Part shown: one piece after another, positions 46,940-57,583 of the stretch | Position numbering within the stretch: position 1 is the stretch's first letter | How the letters are laid out: each line of letters opens with the position of its first letter | Source: an uncultured Candidatus Saccharibacteria bacterium | GTDB taxonomy: Bacteria > Patescibacteriota > Minisyncoccia > Phycocordibacterales > SBAW01 | Assembly: GCA_964566795.1 (NCBI GenBank) | Contig: CAZMIU010000001.1 | Location: 79,388-143,387, forward strand | Direction: 5' to 3' | Length of the DNA stretch: 64,000 nucleotides | Made by a program: the position numbers and the translations under genes | Notes under the pieces: generated by a model | What the model was told of the DNA's origin: nothing | The model's database searches: none | Seen by the model: the letters and a program-made list of their open reading frames with translations, nothing else

Positions 46940-46973
46940 GCTCGCCTCCCTGTCTGGCAAGAGGATAGCACGC

Positions 46974-47588
46974 CTAATGCCTGTTGCCCAGCGCTTGGGC
47001 TATGGTGTCCGGGTCGGCGTACTCAAGCTCGGAGCCTGTGGACAGGCCGCGGCCCAAGGAGGAGATTTTAAAGTTGAGGCTCATGGAGATCGGGCGCAGC
47101 TTCTCCATCAAGATCTCGCGGGTGTGGTCGCCCTCGGTGGTCGCCGAGAGCCCGAGTATGAGCTCATGTAACTTAAGTGCAGAGGCGTCTTCCTCGACGC
47201 GCTTTACAAGCTCGCGCAGGCGCACCTGGCTCTCGGGCTCATCAGAGGCTAGGGCAATGGTGCCGCCCAGACAGAAGTAGAGCCCCCTAAAGCCGGAGCG
47301 CTCGACATTTTCAATATCGGCGTCCTTCTCGACCACAAAAATAATAGAGGCCTCGCGCTCAGGCTTGGCGCATATGGGGCAGAGCTCTCCCTGGCCCTGC
47401 TTGGTGTACCAGCGGTAGCACATGGCGCACTGCCTGCTTTCGGCCCCGAGCTTTTTTATGATCTCCGAGAGCTCCTGGCGAAAGGCGGGGGAGGTAGAGA
47501 GCAGATACTGCACAAAGCGCCGGGCCTGGCGCGGCCCGATGCCGGGGAACTTCTCAAATAAAAACGAAAGTCTATCGATTGGGTCCAT
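46974..47588 (-). CDS. recR: Recombination protein RecR
   Basis: FPGIGPRQARR, C4 finger, TOPRIM, GSELEYAD. Confidence 0.92.
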   Translation of the reverse strand: MDPIDRLSFLFEKFPGIGPRQARRFVQYLLSTSPAFRQELSEIIKKLGAESRQCAMCYRWYTKQGQGELCPICAKPEREASIIFVVEKDADIENVERSGFRGLYFCLGGTIALASDEPESQVRLRELVKRVEEDASALKLHELILGLSATTEGDHTREILMEKLRPISMSLNFKISSLGRGLSTGSELEYADPDTIAQALGNRH

Positions 47589-47711
47589 GGTGGGGAGGGT
47601 CAAAACAAGGTGAGACGAGCATCTCGGAGGCCGACGGGCCGAGAGTAGCAAATTTCTAGCAAGAAATTATGTGTGCTCGGCGAGCCTTGGTTTTGTACCC
47701 TCCCCATTCTA

Positions 47712-49097
47712 TCAAAAAGCGTCGAGAGAATCGGCAGACTCAAAGGCGCCAAAGTCGGTCTTCTCGAGCGATTTGTAGGTGGTGCGTTTGTCGTCAAAGA
47801 AGAGCTCTATCTTCCCGACGGGGCCGTTGCGGTGCTTCTCCACCAGGATCTCGGCGATGTTGGGACGGTCGGACTCCTTGTTAATCTTATCGTCGCGGTG
47901 GATAAACATAACCACGTCGGCGTCCTGCTCGATAGAGCCCGAGTCGCGCAGGTCGGAGAGCCTGGGCTTGCCGCCGCGCTGCTCGACGGCGCGGGAGAGC
48001 TGCGAGAGCGCAATGACCGGCACCTCCATTTCGCGGGCAAGCTGCTTAAGCGAGCGCGATATCTCTGTCACTTGCTGGACCAGGTTGTCCTGCGCACGCG
48101 ACTGTGTGGGGACCATCAGCTGCAGGTAGTCGACAATAATCATGTCGAGGCCATGCTCCTTTTTAAGCCGGCGCGCGGTGGCGCGCATCTTGAGGATGTT
48201 TTGCGCGGGCTCGTCTGATATATAGATGGGGGCCTGGCCCAGGCGGTCGTAGGCCTCGCGGATGCGCACCCAGTCGTCCTGGTCGTTGATGTGGCCGGTG
48301 CGGAGATTCCAGGAGTTGACCCCGGCCTCGGAGGCGACCATGCGGTCGATTATCTGCTGCGCGGCCATCTCAAGGCTAAATATACCCACCACCGCCTTGT
48401 GGTCTATAGCAGCATGGCGCGCGATGTCGAAGGCCAACGCCGACTTACCGACAGAGGGGCGCGCCGCCAAGATAATAAGGTCGGACTTTTGGAAGCCGGC
48501 CAGGAGGTTGTCCAGGTCCTTAAAGCCGCTACGCACACCGCGCACCTCGTCTTTGTGCTCGTGCAGGTACTCGAGCCTGGACCACGCCTCTTTTAGGGAG
48601 TCGCCGAGGGCCATAAACTTGGACATGGTCGGCGTCTGGGTAATTTCAAATACCTTCTTTTCTGCTTTGTCCAAAGTCTCATCTAAATCAGCTGCCTCGT
48701 CAAAGCCAAGCTCGGCCACATACTCGCCGGCATCTATAAGCCCACGCAGCATGTGCTTTTTCTGCACCAGGCTTGCGTAGTGGCGCGCGTTACTCGCGGC
48801 CGGCACATCGGCTGCGAGCTCTGCCAGGTAGGGGAGCCCACCCACGCCCTCAAGCTGCCCCAAGTCGGCAAGTTTGGCGCGAACCGACTCAATGTCGATT
48901 GGTTCGTTCTTGGCATATAGCGCCTGCATGGCGCGGTAGATGATGCGGTGCTTCTCGGCATAAAAGGCGTCGTCGTTAATAAGGTCGGTCGTCTCGACCA
49001 TGCCCTCGGGGCGCAGCATAAGCGCGCCCAAGAAGGCCTTTTCAGACTCCAGAGATTGTGGAGGTAGTCTCAACCCATCGCGCTTACCCTTGGCCAT
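47712..49097 (-). CDS. dnaB: Replicative DNA helicase
   Basis: ARPSVGKS, VDYLQL, DLRDSGSIEQDAD, KHRNG. Confidence 0.96.
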   Translation of the reverse strand: MAKGKRDGLRLPPQSLESEKAFLGALMLRPEGMVETTDLINDDAFYAEKHRIIYRAMQALYAKNEPIDIESVRAKLADLGQLEGVGGLPYLAELAADVPAASNARHYASLVQKKHMLRGLIDAGEYVAELGFDEAADLDETLDKAEKKVFEITQTPTMSKFMALGDSLKEAWSRLEYLHEHKDEVRGVRSGFKDLDNLLAGFQKSDLIILAARPSVGKSALAFDIARHAAIDHKAVVGIFSLEMAAQQIIDRMVASEAGVNSWNLRTGHINDQDDWVRIREAYDRLGQAPIYISDEPAQNILKMRATARRLKKEHGLDMIIVDYLQLMVPTQSRAQDNLVQQVTEISRSLKQLAREMEVPVIALSQLSRAVEQRGGKPRLSDLRDSGSIEQDADVVMFIHRDDKINKESDRPNIAEILVEKHRNGPVGKIELFFDDKRTTYKSLEKTDFGAFESADSLDAF

Positions 49098-49201
49098 GGG
49101 GTAAGTGTACTCCGAGCGGTGTCTTACCCCAAATGTGTGTATGAGGTGGATAGAAAGGGGATAGTACCTATTACTACCTATAGGGTGTGATAGGTGAACG
49201 T

Positions 49202-50665
49202 TTATTTTTTGGTCACTTTTTGGCCTTCGGGAGTGTCTTTAACCACAAAGCCTTTTTTGGCAATCTCGAGGCGCAGGTCGTCTGACTTCTTAAAGTTCTT
49301 GCTGCGGCGGGCCTCATCGCGTGCCGAGAGAAGGCGCTGCACCTCATCCGGCAGGTCGCCTACTGATATCACGGTCACGCGCGCTGTGGGGCCCGATTCG
49401 CCAAACCCTAGGCCTAAGATCTTGTCTGCAAGCGTGAGCGAGGCACGCTTAACCGCCGGGGTGATGTCTGGGTCGCGCAGCAAGTCCCACACGCGTGCCA
49501 GTGCCTTGGGGGTGTTAAGGTCGTCGGCAATAGCGCCAACAAAGTCGCGCATAAAGGCGCTGTCAGGTGCCAGGTTAGAGGGCGGGAGCTCTAGGTACGC
49601 GCGGGTGAGCCGCATGTAGGCGGTGTTGGCAGCTTCCAGAGCGTCCCAGGTAAAGTTGGTCGGCGTTTTATAGTGGCTGGTCATGTACCAGTAGCGAAGA
49701 GCCCTGGGCTCGAGCCCTTTGTCTTTAACCTGCTTAAGTGAGATGGTGTTGCGCAGAGACTTGGATATTTTTTTATCCTCGATGGTCGTAAACTCGCCAT
49801 GCAGCCAATAGCGCACAAACTGCTTGCCGGTGGCGGCCTCGGCCTGGGCCAGCTCATTGTTGTGGTGTATCGCGATATGGTCGATGCCGCCGGTGTGTAT
49901 GTCTATCTGTTTGCCAAGGAGTGTAAATATCATGGCCACGCACTCCGTGTGCCAACCGGGGAAGCCAAGCCCCCAGGGGGACTCCCAGCCGAGCTTTTTG
50001 TCGCTCTTCCAGAGCACGAAGTCTTGCGGGCGCTTTTTGCCCGCCGCTACCTTAAGGCGTGCTCCCGCCTCTTGCCCCGCGATATCCTGCCCACCCAGCT
50101 TGCCGTATCCGGGGAAGCGGCTGGTGTCGTAGTACACGCCATCGGGCAAGCGATATGCGTAGCCCTTTTGCTCGAGCGATTTTACGAGTGCGATTTGCTC
50201 GGCAATGTACTTGGAGGCGCGGGGAAAGCGGATATGCTCCACATCAAGCCCTAACTCCGCGATATCTGCCAAAAAGGCCTCGGCGTACTTCTCGGCGAGC
50301 TTGGCCATGTTCTCCATGCTCACCTTCATCTTCTCGCGCTTAAGGCCCTTGCTCATCTTGTCCTCGCCCTCGTCGGCGTCGCTTACCAGGTGGCCAAAGT
50401 CGGTAATGTTGATGGCCTGCTGCACGCTGTATCCCCAAAACAGGAGCGTGCGGCGCACTATGTCGGCATTAATGTAGGCGCGCAGGTTGCCGATGTGTAT
50501 GTAGTCGTACACCGTGGGGCCGCAGTTGTACATCTTAACGACACGGCCCAAGGGGACAAACTCCTCTTTCTCGCCGGAGAGGGTGTTGTAGAGCATGAGC
50601 GGAGGCAGCGCCGGCCGCGCTGGCGGGCTTTTTTTAGACAATGATGTAATGAGTTTTTTAAGCAT
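49202..50665 (-). CDS. cysS: Cysteinyl-tRNA synthetase
   Basis: CGPTVY, HIGN, PGWHTEC, KISKS. Confidence 0.95.
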   Translation of the reverse strand: MLKKLITSLSKKSPPARPALPPLMLYNTLSGEKEEFVPLGRVVKMYNCGPTVYDYIHIGNLRAYINADIVRRTLLFWGYSVQQAINITDFGHLVSDADEGEDKMSKGLKREKMKVSMENMAKLAEKYAEAFLADIAELGLDVEHIRFPRASKYIAEQIALVKSLEQKGYAYRLPDGVYYDTSRFPGYGKLGGQDIAGQEAGARLKVAAGKKRPQDFVLWKSDKKLGWESPWGLGFPGWHTECVAMIFTLLGKQIDIHTGGIDHIAIHHNNELAQAEAATGKQFVRYWLHGEFTTIEDKKISKSLRNTISLKQVKDKGLEPRALRYWYMTSHYKTPTNFTWDALEAANTAYMRLTRAYLELPPSNLAPDSAFMRDFVGAIADDLNTPKALARVWDLLRDPDITPAVKRASLTLADKILGLGFGESGPTARVTVISVGDLPDEVQRLLSARDEARRSKNFKKSDDLRLEIAKKGFVVKDTPEGQKVTKK

Positions 50666-51576
50666 TAGAGCCAGTCCTTGTGGCGGAAGTATACAAAACA
50701 GCCCACTGCAAGAACAGCCATGCCCCCCACGATAATCCAGAAGTCGAGCGGGGAGCCGATAATGGGGTTATTGATGGTGTTCATGCCAAAGACGCCAGCC
50801 ACAAATGACAGCGGCAGGAATACGAACGCCAATACGGTAAACGTCTTCATTATCTCGTTTTGCTTGGTGTTGAGCAGAGAGTCGTTGGTGGAGCGCAGCT
50901 CGTGCAGAGAGTCGCGCAGGCTCATAAGCTCGTGGTCTACCCGTGCGCGGGTGCCCTCTAGCTCGCGCAGATAGTACGTAAACTCCTGCCCCCAGAGCCT
51001 TGGGGCTGCAGGCTCCAAGGAGCCCAGCATTTCCTTGTGTGGCGCAAGTGAGCGGGAAAAGTCGTACAGTGCGCGTGCTACGTGCGACAGCTCAAACACC
51101 ATGCGGCGCTCATCGCCCTTAAAAATCTTGGTCTCTATATCCTCCAGGCGGCCGCGCACCAGGTCGCATTCCTCGCTTAAAGAGCGGTATAAGTTTTGCA
51201 GCATGCTGGCAAACAGGTGGCCGCCGTGCGCGCTGTGGTTGCGCCCCAAGAGCGAACCCACCTCAAACGCCTTGGCAAACGTGTGCAGGGGGTCGATGTT
51301 TTCGTAGCGTGCGGTGATTAAAAACTTCTGCCCGATGATAAAGTCGATTTCCTGCTCGGGGCGGCGCCCCAGCCCCACCCTAAGCGTGGGGAAGTGGAGT
51401 ATCACGTAGGCCATGTCACCCGCGCGCTCGACCTTGGATTTGTATGAGATGGAGAGCAATTCCTGGGCGATGTGTGGCGGCAGTGCAAACTCCTGCATGA
51501 GCTCGCGCACCTCCTTGGGTGTCGGTGCGACCATGTCTATCCACGTCAAATCGCGCTCCTTGTAGCGAGTGAGCAT
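50665..51576 (-). CDS. corA: CorA-family divalent cation transporter
   Basis: NEIMKTFT, GVFGMN, two C-terminal TMs. Confidence 0.88.
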   Translation of the reverse strand: MLTRYKERDLTWIDMVAPTPKEVRELMQEFALPPHIAQELLSISYKSKVERAGDMAYVILHFPTLRVGLGRRPEQEIDFIIGQKFLITARYENIDPLHTFAKAFEVGSLLGRNHSAHGGHLFASMLQNLYRSLSEECDLVRGRLEDIETKIFKGDERRMVFELSHVARALYDFSRSLAPHKEMLGSLEPAAPRLWGQEFTYYLRELEGTRARVDHELMSLRDSLHELRSTNDSLLNTKQNEIMKTFTVLAFVFLPLSFVAGVFGMNTINNPIIGSPLDFWIIVGGMAVLAVGCFVYFRHKDWL

Positions 51577-51639
51577 ACAGAGATAAGTATATAGTGACTT
51601 CTTAATGTGTACCGGTGTCCTGTGATATACTGTTTATAT

Positions 51640-52854
51640 ATGAACAGGTCCAAACTCGCGGCGGCAGGCATGTTTGCCGCGGTTGTATTGGCGTTTGGCG
51701 CGGGTATGTACGCAGGCGTATCCGAGCGCGTAACCGGCATGGTGTTTGCACAGGGCGTAGGCGGCGTGCAGCCTTCCAATGTCGACTTCTCCAAGTTTTG
51801 GGCGGCGTGGTCGCTTCTTAACAAAAATTTTGTACAAACCCACAGCTCATCGAGCGTGCCGACTGATCAGGAAAAGTTGTATGGCGCGATAGCGGGGCTT
51901 ACCGACAGCTATGGCGACCCGTACACGACCTTCTTCCCGCCGGCAGAGGCCAAGGAGTTTGCAGAGAACCTCAACGGCGAGTTTGGGGGCGTGGGCATGG
52001 AGATGGGCACCAAAGACGGCGCTATTACCGTTATAGCTCCGCTTAAGGACAGCCCGGCCGAGCGCGCGGGCGTGCGCTCGGGCGACATTGTGGTGATGGT
52101 AGACGCCACCTCTACCCAGGGCATGTCGGTAGATGACGCGGTCAAGCTTATCCGCGGGCCCAAGGGCACCACGGTTAAGCTCACCCTGGAGCGCGCTTCT
52201 ACCACAGAACCGGTAATTGTCTCTATTGTCCGCGATACTATCAACATCCCTATCATCGAGGGCAAGCTCGAGAAGGGTGTGTACACCATTTCTCTCTACA
52301 GTTTTTCCCAGAACTCGGCCGAGCTCTTTAGGCAGGAGCTGCGAAAGTTTGTGCTGTCGGGCTCCAACAAGCTTATACTCGACCTGCGCGGCAACCCCGG
52401 GGGCTATTTGGAGGCGGCAGTGCAGATGGCGAGCTTCTTTTTGCCCATTGGCGACACGGTGGTGACCGAGGACTACAAGGGCAAGCAGACCAATGTTGCG
52501 CACCGCTCCTTGGGCTACAACGTGTTTAAGGACTCCAACCTCAAGATGGCAATACTCGCAGACCAAGGCTCGGCCTCGGCCTCAGAGATTTTGGCCGGAG
52601 CGCTGCAACAGCACGGCGTTGCCAAGTTTGTGGGTACGCGCACCTTTGGCAAGGGCTCGGTCCAGCAGCTCTTGGAGCTTGGCGGCGGAGCGGAGATAAA
52701 GATTACGGTGGCGCGCTGGCTGACCCCCAACGGCCAGAGCATCTCAGACGGCGGGCTTACCCCAGACATTAAGGTAGAGCGCACCGCACAGGACTATGCC
52801 GCCGGCCGCGACCCACAGATGGACGAGGCTCTGCGCTGGTTGAAGACGCAATAA
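51640..52854 (+). CDS. ctpA: S41 carboxyl-terminal protease
   Basis: PDZ, DLRGNPGG, SASASE, TFGKGSVQ. Confidence 0.9.
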   Translation: MNRSKLAAAGMFAAVVLAFGAGMYAGVSERVTGMVFAQGVGGVQPSNVDFSKFWAAWSLLNKNFVQTHSSSSVPTDQEKLYGAIAGLTDSYGDPYTTFFPPAEAKEFAENLNGEFGGVGMEMGTKDGAITVIAPLKDSPAERAGVRSGDIVVMVDATSTQGMSVDDAVKLIRGPKGTTVKLTLERASTTEPVIVSIVRDTINIPIIEGKLEKGVYTISLYSFSQNSAELFRQELRKFVLSGSNKLILDLRGNPGGYLEAAVQMASFFLPIGDTVVTEDYKGKQTNVAHRSLGYNVFKDSNLKMAILADQGSASASEILAGALQQHGVAKFVGTRTFGKGSVQQLLELGGGAEIKITVARWLTPNGQSISDGGLTPDIKVERTAQDYAAGRDPQMDEALRWLKTQ

Positions 52855-52873
52855 GGGGGAGTATAGTAGAGGG

Positions 52874-53314
52874 GTGAAGGTAATACTTATAAAGGACGTG
52901 CGGGGGTGCGGGCAGGCCAACACTATTGTCGAGGTGGCCGACGGCTACGCGCACAACTTTCTTTTGCCGCATCGCTACGCGGTGGCGGCAACCTACGACA
53001 AGGTCAAGGAGTTTGAGGCAAAAAAGGCCCAGATCGAGGCCCAAAAGGAGAGGGCCGAGGCCGAGCTCATCGGCAAAATAAAGTCGCTGGAGGGCAAGCA
53101 GGTAAAGATTGTGGCCCGCGCAACCGAGAAGGGAGGGTTGTTTAAGGCGGTTACGCCTGCCGACATTGCCAAGCACATCCGGCTTGAGCACAGCCTTGAG
53201 ATACCAGAGGTGGCCATAGATGTGGGCCCCATTAAGACCGTGGGCGAGCACGCCATAAAACTCCACTCAAAATCTGCTAAAGCACAGCTCACTGTTGTGA
53301 TAGTAGCGCAGTAA
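52874..53314 (+). CDS. rplI: 50S ribosomal protein L9
   Basis: MKVILIKDV, GYAHNFLLP, IKTVGEH. Confidence 0.92.
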   Translation: MKVILIKDVRGCGQANTIVEVADGYAHNFLLPHRYAVAATYDKVKEFEAKKAQIEAQKERAEAELIGKIKSLEGKQVKIVARATEKGGLFKAVTPADIAKHIRLEHSLEIPEVAIDVGPIKTVGEHAIKLHSKSAKAQLTVVIVAQ

Positions 53315-53337
53315 AAACCCCTCCATTTGGAGGGTTT

Positions 53338-53619
53338 TTACTTAGCTGGGGTGACGTTAACCTGGCTGCGGACGGTTGTGGAGCCGTCAAAGTTCTGCTT
53401 GCGCTTGTCTTTAAAGGAGACTACGCCGCGGGTGAGTGCAAAAAGAGTGTGGTCCTTGCCAAGACCAACATTGAGGCCTGGGAGTACGCGGGTGCCGCGC
53501 TGGCGGACGATAACATCGCCCTGCTTAGCGATCTCTCCGGCATAGAGCTTAACACCGAGATATTTCGGCTTGGAGTCGTTGAGGTTTTTAGCTGTTCCGC
53601 CCGCTTTTTTACTTGCCAT
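53338..53619 (-). CDS. rpmA: 50S ribosomal protein L27
   Basis: [23 protein letters not shown]. Confidence 0.95.
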   Translation of the reverse strand: MASKKAGGTAKNLNDSKPKYLGVKLYAGEIAKQGDVIVRQRGTRVLPGLNVGLGKDHTLFALTRGVVSFKDKRKQNFDGSTTVRSQVNVTPAK

Positions 53620-53642
53620 ACGAAATACTGTAAGGTGGGCAC

Positions 53643-54020
53643 ATGATACCAAAAGAGGGCTTACTTGGCAAGCTGGAGCCCCTCCTGCTGCCCTTGGTGG
53701 TCTCTTTGGTGGCTCTTGGCGCCTTTGGCTTGGGTAGGCTGTCGGCCCAGGGTGACACCAAGGAGGCCTTTAGGGTCATATACCCCGAGGCTCAGGCCGC
53801 CAAACCGCTGGCAAACACCGCAGCGGTGTTTGCGGCCGCCCCGGCCCCTGTGGCGGCGGGGGAGGGAGCCTACGTGGCATCCAAAAACGGCTCCAAGTAC
53901 TACCTCACCACCTGTTCAGGCGCCAACCGTATAAAGAAAGAGAATAGGGTCTACTTCGTCTCCGCTCATGACGCCGCGGCAGCAGGGTATGAGCCTGCGG
54001 CTCAGTGCCCAGGGCTATAA
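53643..54020 (+). CDS. Membrane protein with Ada-like metal-binding domain
   Basis: [22 protein letters not shown]. Confidence 0.65.
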   Translation: MIPKEGLLGKLEPLLLPLVVSLVALGAFGLGRLSAQGDTKEAFRVIYPEAQAAKPLANTAAVFAAAPAPVAAGEGAYVASKNGSKYYLTTCSGANRIKKENRVYFVSAHDAAAAGYEPAAQCPGL

Positions 54021-54029
54021 TGACTATCT

Positions 54030-54296
54030 ATGGCGCGCGTTAAAAAACAGCTCAAAAAAATTCTGGTCCTCGCGGTAGCGACGGTGTTTTTTGTATTAGG
54101 GTTGGTGGGCTTGGTGCTCCCGGTGCTCCAAGGGTGGTTCTTTTTGGCGATATCGGCACTCCTCTTTTCCATGTACTCGCCAACGCTGCGTGCCTTTATA
54201 GACCGCCATACGGTCAAATACCCCAAACTGCACGCGTTTGTGGAGCGGGCCCAGGGCTGGACCACGCGCGTATTTGGCGCACCTGAGGTAGACTAG
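54030..54296 (+). CDS. Small membrane protein (PGPGW/DUF454-like)
   Basis: LGLVGLVLPVLQG. Confidence 0.6.
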   Translation: MARVKKQLKKILVLAVATVFFVLGLVGLVLPVLQGWFFLAISALLFSMYSPTLRAFIDRHTVKYPKLHAFVERAQGWTTRVFGAPEVD

Positions 54297-54300
54297 GGGT

Positions 54301-54900
54301 ATGATCGCTTTAGATATAGAAGCATCGGGCATTGGCCCCGACACCCACTCGATACTTTCAGTGGGAGCGCTCGACTTGGACAACCCAAGCAATCAGTTTT
54401 ATGAGGAGTGCCGCGCGTGGGATGGTGCCCACATAAACGATGAGGCTCTGGCTGTGTGCGGCTTTACGCGCGAGCAGGCGACAGACCCCAATAAACAGAC
54501 CGAAGCCGAGTTGGTGCACAAGTTTGCCGCGTGGGCAGAGGCGTGCAAGGACAGGACCCTGGCAGGGCAGAACGTCTCGTTTGATAGAGATATTTTAGAG
54601 GCTGCGGCACGCAGGGCTGGGCACACAGAGTGGCCGTTTGCCCACCGCACCATAGACAGCCACAGCCTGTGCTGGATGCACCAGGTAAAGCGGGGGATGA
54701 CTCCCCCGGTCGACCCGGAAAAGAAGCGCTCGGCGCTTAATCTCGATGTCATACTGCTTTATTGCGGCATCCCCGAGGAGCCCAAGCCGCACAACGCGCT
54801 GACCGGCGCCAAGTGCCACGCCGAAGTTATCTCGCGCCTTTTGTATGACAAAAAACTCCTCCCGGAGTTTGAGCAGTACCCTATTCCGTGGTTAAGTTAG
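54301..54900 (+). CDS. DEDDh 3'-5' exonuclease
   Basis: LDIEASG, GQNVSFD, HNALTGA. Confidence 0.8.
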   Translation: MIALDIEASGIGPDTHSILSVGALDLDNPSNQFYEECRAWDGAHINDEALAVCGFTREQATDPNKQTEAELVHKFAAWAEACKDRTLAGQNVSFDRDILEAAARRAGHTEWPFAHRTIDSHSLCWMHQVKRGMTPPVDPEKKRSALNLDVILLYCGIPEEPKPHNALTGAKCHAEVISRLLYDKKLLPEFEQYPIPWLS

Positions 54901-54907
54901 AAATCTA

Positions 54908-54978
54908 CGGGCTGTAGTATACCGGCAGTACACATGCATGGGGTGCATGTAGACCGGGTTCAATTCCCGGCAGCCCGA
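54908..54978 (+). tRNA. tRNA-Pro(GGG)
   Basis: CGGGCTG/CAGCCCG acceptor, CATGC-AT-GGG-GT-GCATG, GGTTCAATTCC. Confidence 0.92.
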
Positions 54979-55268
54979 CAAGAAAAGCAGCATTTTGGGC
55001 CTAAAAGTGGGGGACTGTGGGCGTAAAACTTGCCAGGGGTGCCTCCCCTGTCTTGTAGTCCGGCTTATTGCCATAGAGCCGGTTGTGAGGCCTAAAATAT
55101 GGCTTAAAATAAGGGGATATCGGGAATCTAAAGGCGGCCTCATTTTTTGTCAAGCACTTTGCTTGATCGATCACTCAAAAAACAGGTACTATATTCCTAA
55201 CCGCAGCTCGCGTGAGCGCGGCTTTTTTTGTGCCCGCCGACTACTACTAACGCACTAAACACTCATCT

Positions 55269-55712
55269 ATGCCTGTCCCCGTTATTGGCCTCGCCCTCGC
55301 GTTCCAGGCCCTGGTACCTGCTACCTCGACCTCTGCCACCCTGGTGGCAACGCCCGCTGCCGTGGTCATGCCGCTGCACCAGTCCGTCGAGGAGTACGTG
55401 CGCGAGGAGTTTAAAGACATTCCTGTCATGATCGATATTGCCCGCTGCGAGTCTCGCTTTAGGCAGTACGACTCTGCCGGCCGGGTACTTAAAAACCCCA
55501 CCTCGTCTGCCATGGGCGCCTTCCAGATTATGGCCTCGCTCCACGCGGCCCCTGCCAAGGCAAACCTGGGCCTCGACATCTACAGCCTCGAGGGCAACAC
55601 CGCCTACGCCCGCTATCTCTATGAGAAGAACGGCACCCGCGACTGGAACGCCTCCAAGCACTGTTGGGGCAAGTCTGGCCACCTCGCCAGCACCCAAGCC
55701 AAGACCAATTAA
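55269..55712 (+). CDS. Secreted lytic transglycosylase-like protein
   Basis: IARCES, AMGAFQI, N..YARYLY..G..W. Confidence 0.75.
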   Translation: MPVPVIGLALAFQALVPATSTSATLVATPAAVVMPLHQSVEEYVREEFKDIPVMIDIARCESRFRQYDSAGRVLKNPTSSAMGAFQIMASLHAAPAKANLGLDIYSLEGNTAYARYLYEKNGTRDWNASKHCWGKSGHLASTQAKTN

Positions 55713-55820
55713 TCAAAAGCAAAAGCCGCCCCCGAAAGGAGGCGGCTTTTGCGTTGGATAGACAAAAAATAAATACGTTGTATTGTAAACTCAGACTGAT
55801 CCAAACAAAGGGAGGCAGAC

Positions 55821-56150
55821 ATGACGGCAAGTGAACGGGTGGCCCGTGGCGCGGCTCTTCTGGACCAAAAAAAGCCCGGCTGGGCCCGGCTGATCGACAT
55901 CGATACGCTCGATGTCGAAGACGTTGATTTTTGCCCATGTGCCCAGCTGTCAGGCACGGTAAAGTTCTATCAGGACGGCGCCGAGGATATTCTTGGCATC
56001 GACATTACCCAGAAAAAAGACCAGGAGTTCATGAGTGATCATGGATTTAATTGCCTTATTGATTTGTCTTCTAAAGGAGAAGGCGATCAGGACTTCATGC
56101 AATTAAACGAAGCCTGGAGGATCGAGGTTAGCAAACGCCTTGCGGTCTAA
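55821..56150 (+). CDS. Phage-like hypothetical protein (SD-led)
   Basis: ERVARGAALLD..PGW..ID..L..C; GGGAGG SD; terminator after. Confidence 0.55.
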   Translation: MTASERVARGAALLDQKKPGWARLIDIDTLDVEDVDFCPCAQLSGTVKFYQDGAEDILGIDITQKKDQEFMSDHGFNCLIDLSSKGEGDQDFMQLNEAWRIEVSKRLAV

Positions 56151-56660
56151 TTGTTACAGGCAAAAATAAGCAAGCCGCCCTAAAAGGCGGCTTTTTATTT
56201 TAAAAGTGGGGGAGCAGTTCCCTAACCGAGATTAAAGCGATTCCGAGAAAGCCTTTATTTACAGCGCCGGGGGGCCGGGGGAGATATGGATCTCGGATAG
56301 ATATTGGGTGCGCCACAGCGCATTTTAAGAGCTCTGGCGGGTATCAAAAGCTAGAGACAAAGGCAGGGCCCGGGCCAAGAGACCCCTCCCGAGTCTCACC
56401 TATATATGAGTCGGAAAAGATATATTGTGCGACACTTATGCTAGAGCAAAGCAGCCGGTTCCCGCCCATGTATTTGGGTCCAACTTGTACCCCACCCCTG
56501 CCCTGTTTGCGCTGCGTCAAAAAAATTTTTATAAACTTTGCACACTTCTCTATTCTAGTGTTTTGCAAAACACCGGAATATACCCCTCCCCCGAAAATTC
56601 AAAATTTGGGTAGGGGACCTTGCGTGGAAAGTAAGTATTTATAGTTGCGCTATAGCGCAG

Positions 56661-57503
56661 TTATAAATATTTTATTTTGGGAAAGAAAGAACCCCGGCGT
56701 TTGCCGGGGCTTTTGGTTGGCTGCCTTTTTTGTGGCAACTTTTTCTTGCTTACAGGCTTTTGGGCGGGGATCTTCTTCCCTGCCCTTTTCCTGCGGAGCA
56801 TAATCTCGGTGAGCTTGAGGCGGACATCAAGGGTAAAGGAATCGTCGCTGAATATCGAAATAAGGTGGGTCTTGTGGCCCTTGAGCTGGCTTATCTCGAC
56901 TGTCTCCTCGTACGTAAGAGGGATGCCCACGTACCGGGTCCACTTGTTGACGGCGTAGAATGTCCAGTCAATTGCAATCCCCTGGCCACTACCCCAGGCG
57001 TTCCACCCGTGGAGCATTGGCCACACAAGCGGGCCCACTGCTATACCCTGCACGTTATGGAGCCTGCGCCTGCCGCGTGCCCGGTTGGTTTTTGTGCGCG
57101 GCTTGCGGCCCTTCGGTGCCGCAATGTTGTTGTGCTTGTAGGTCAACACCATTGCGTTAAGGAAGCACTGCTTGCGCAGGGGCTCGCCCATGGGCGGCGG
57201 GCTCGGCCAACTGCACGGTTTGTACTCGATGCCGTAGAGATCGAGATAGCGCCACGTGCTCGAGTGGACGTCTTTAAGATACTCGCTACGGGTGTTGTCC
57301 CTGCACTCGTAGCCATTGCCAAAAAATCGCCGTACGTCGTTGAGCAGTGTCTCCTTGACCGAAACGCCCTTGGGGAACATTCTCTCGGTCTTTAGACGCA
57401 TGACGCGCCGTCTGATAGCGCGGCGGTGCCCGCTGCCAAAGAAGCGGTTCCACATATCTCTTTCTGTATCTGGGTGTCGCTCTGTCTTATTCTGTGAGGC
57501 CAC
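56661..57503 (-). CDS. Hypothetical protein with papain/transglutaminase-like C-H-D motifs
   Basis: QCFLNA, LHGWN, AIDWT, YVGIP; AAGGGGAG SD. Confidence 0.55.
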   Translation of the reverse strand: MASQNKTERHPDTERDMWNRFFGSGHRRAIRRRVMRLKTERMFPKGVSVKETLLNDVRRFFGNGYECRDNTRSEYLKDVHSSTWRYLDLYGIEYKPCSWPSPPPMGEPLRKQCFLNAMVLTYKHNNIAAPKGRKPRTKTNRARGRRRLHNVQGIAVGPLVWPMLHGWNAWGSGQGIAIDWTFYAVNKWTRYVGIPLTYEETVEISQLKGHKTHLISIFSDDSFTLDVRLKLTEIMLRRKRAGKKIPAQKPVSKKKLPQKRQPTKSPGKRRGSFFPKIKYL

Positions 57504-57583
57504 TGTGGCTCCCCTTTGCTGTTACAATCTGAATTGTATTTAACACTAATGTAGCTATTTGTCCAGAGTGGTATGATTAAGGA

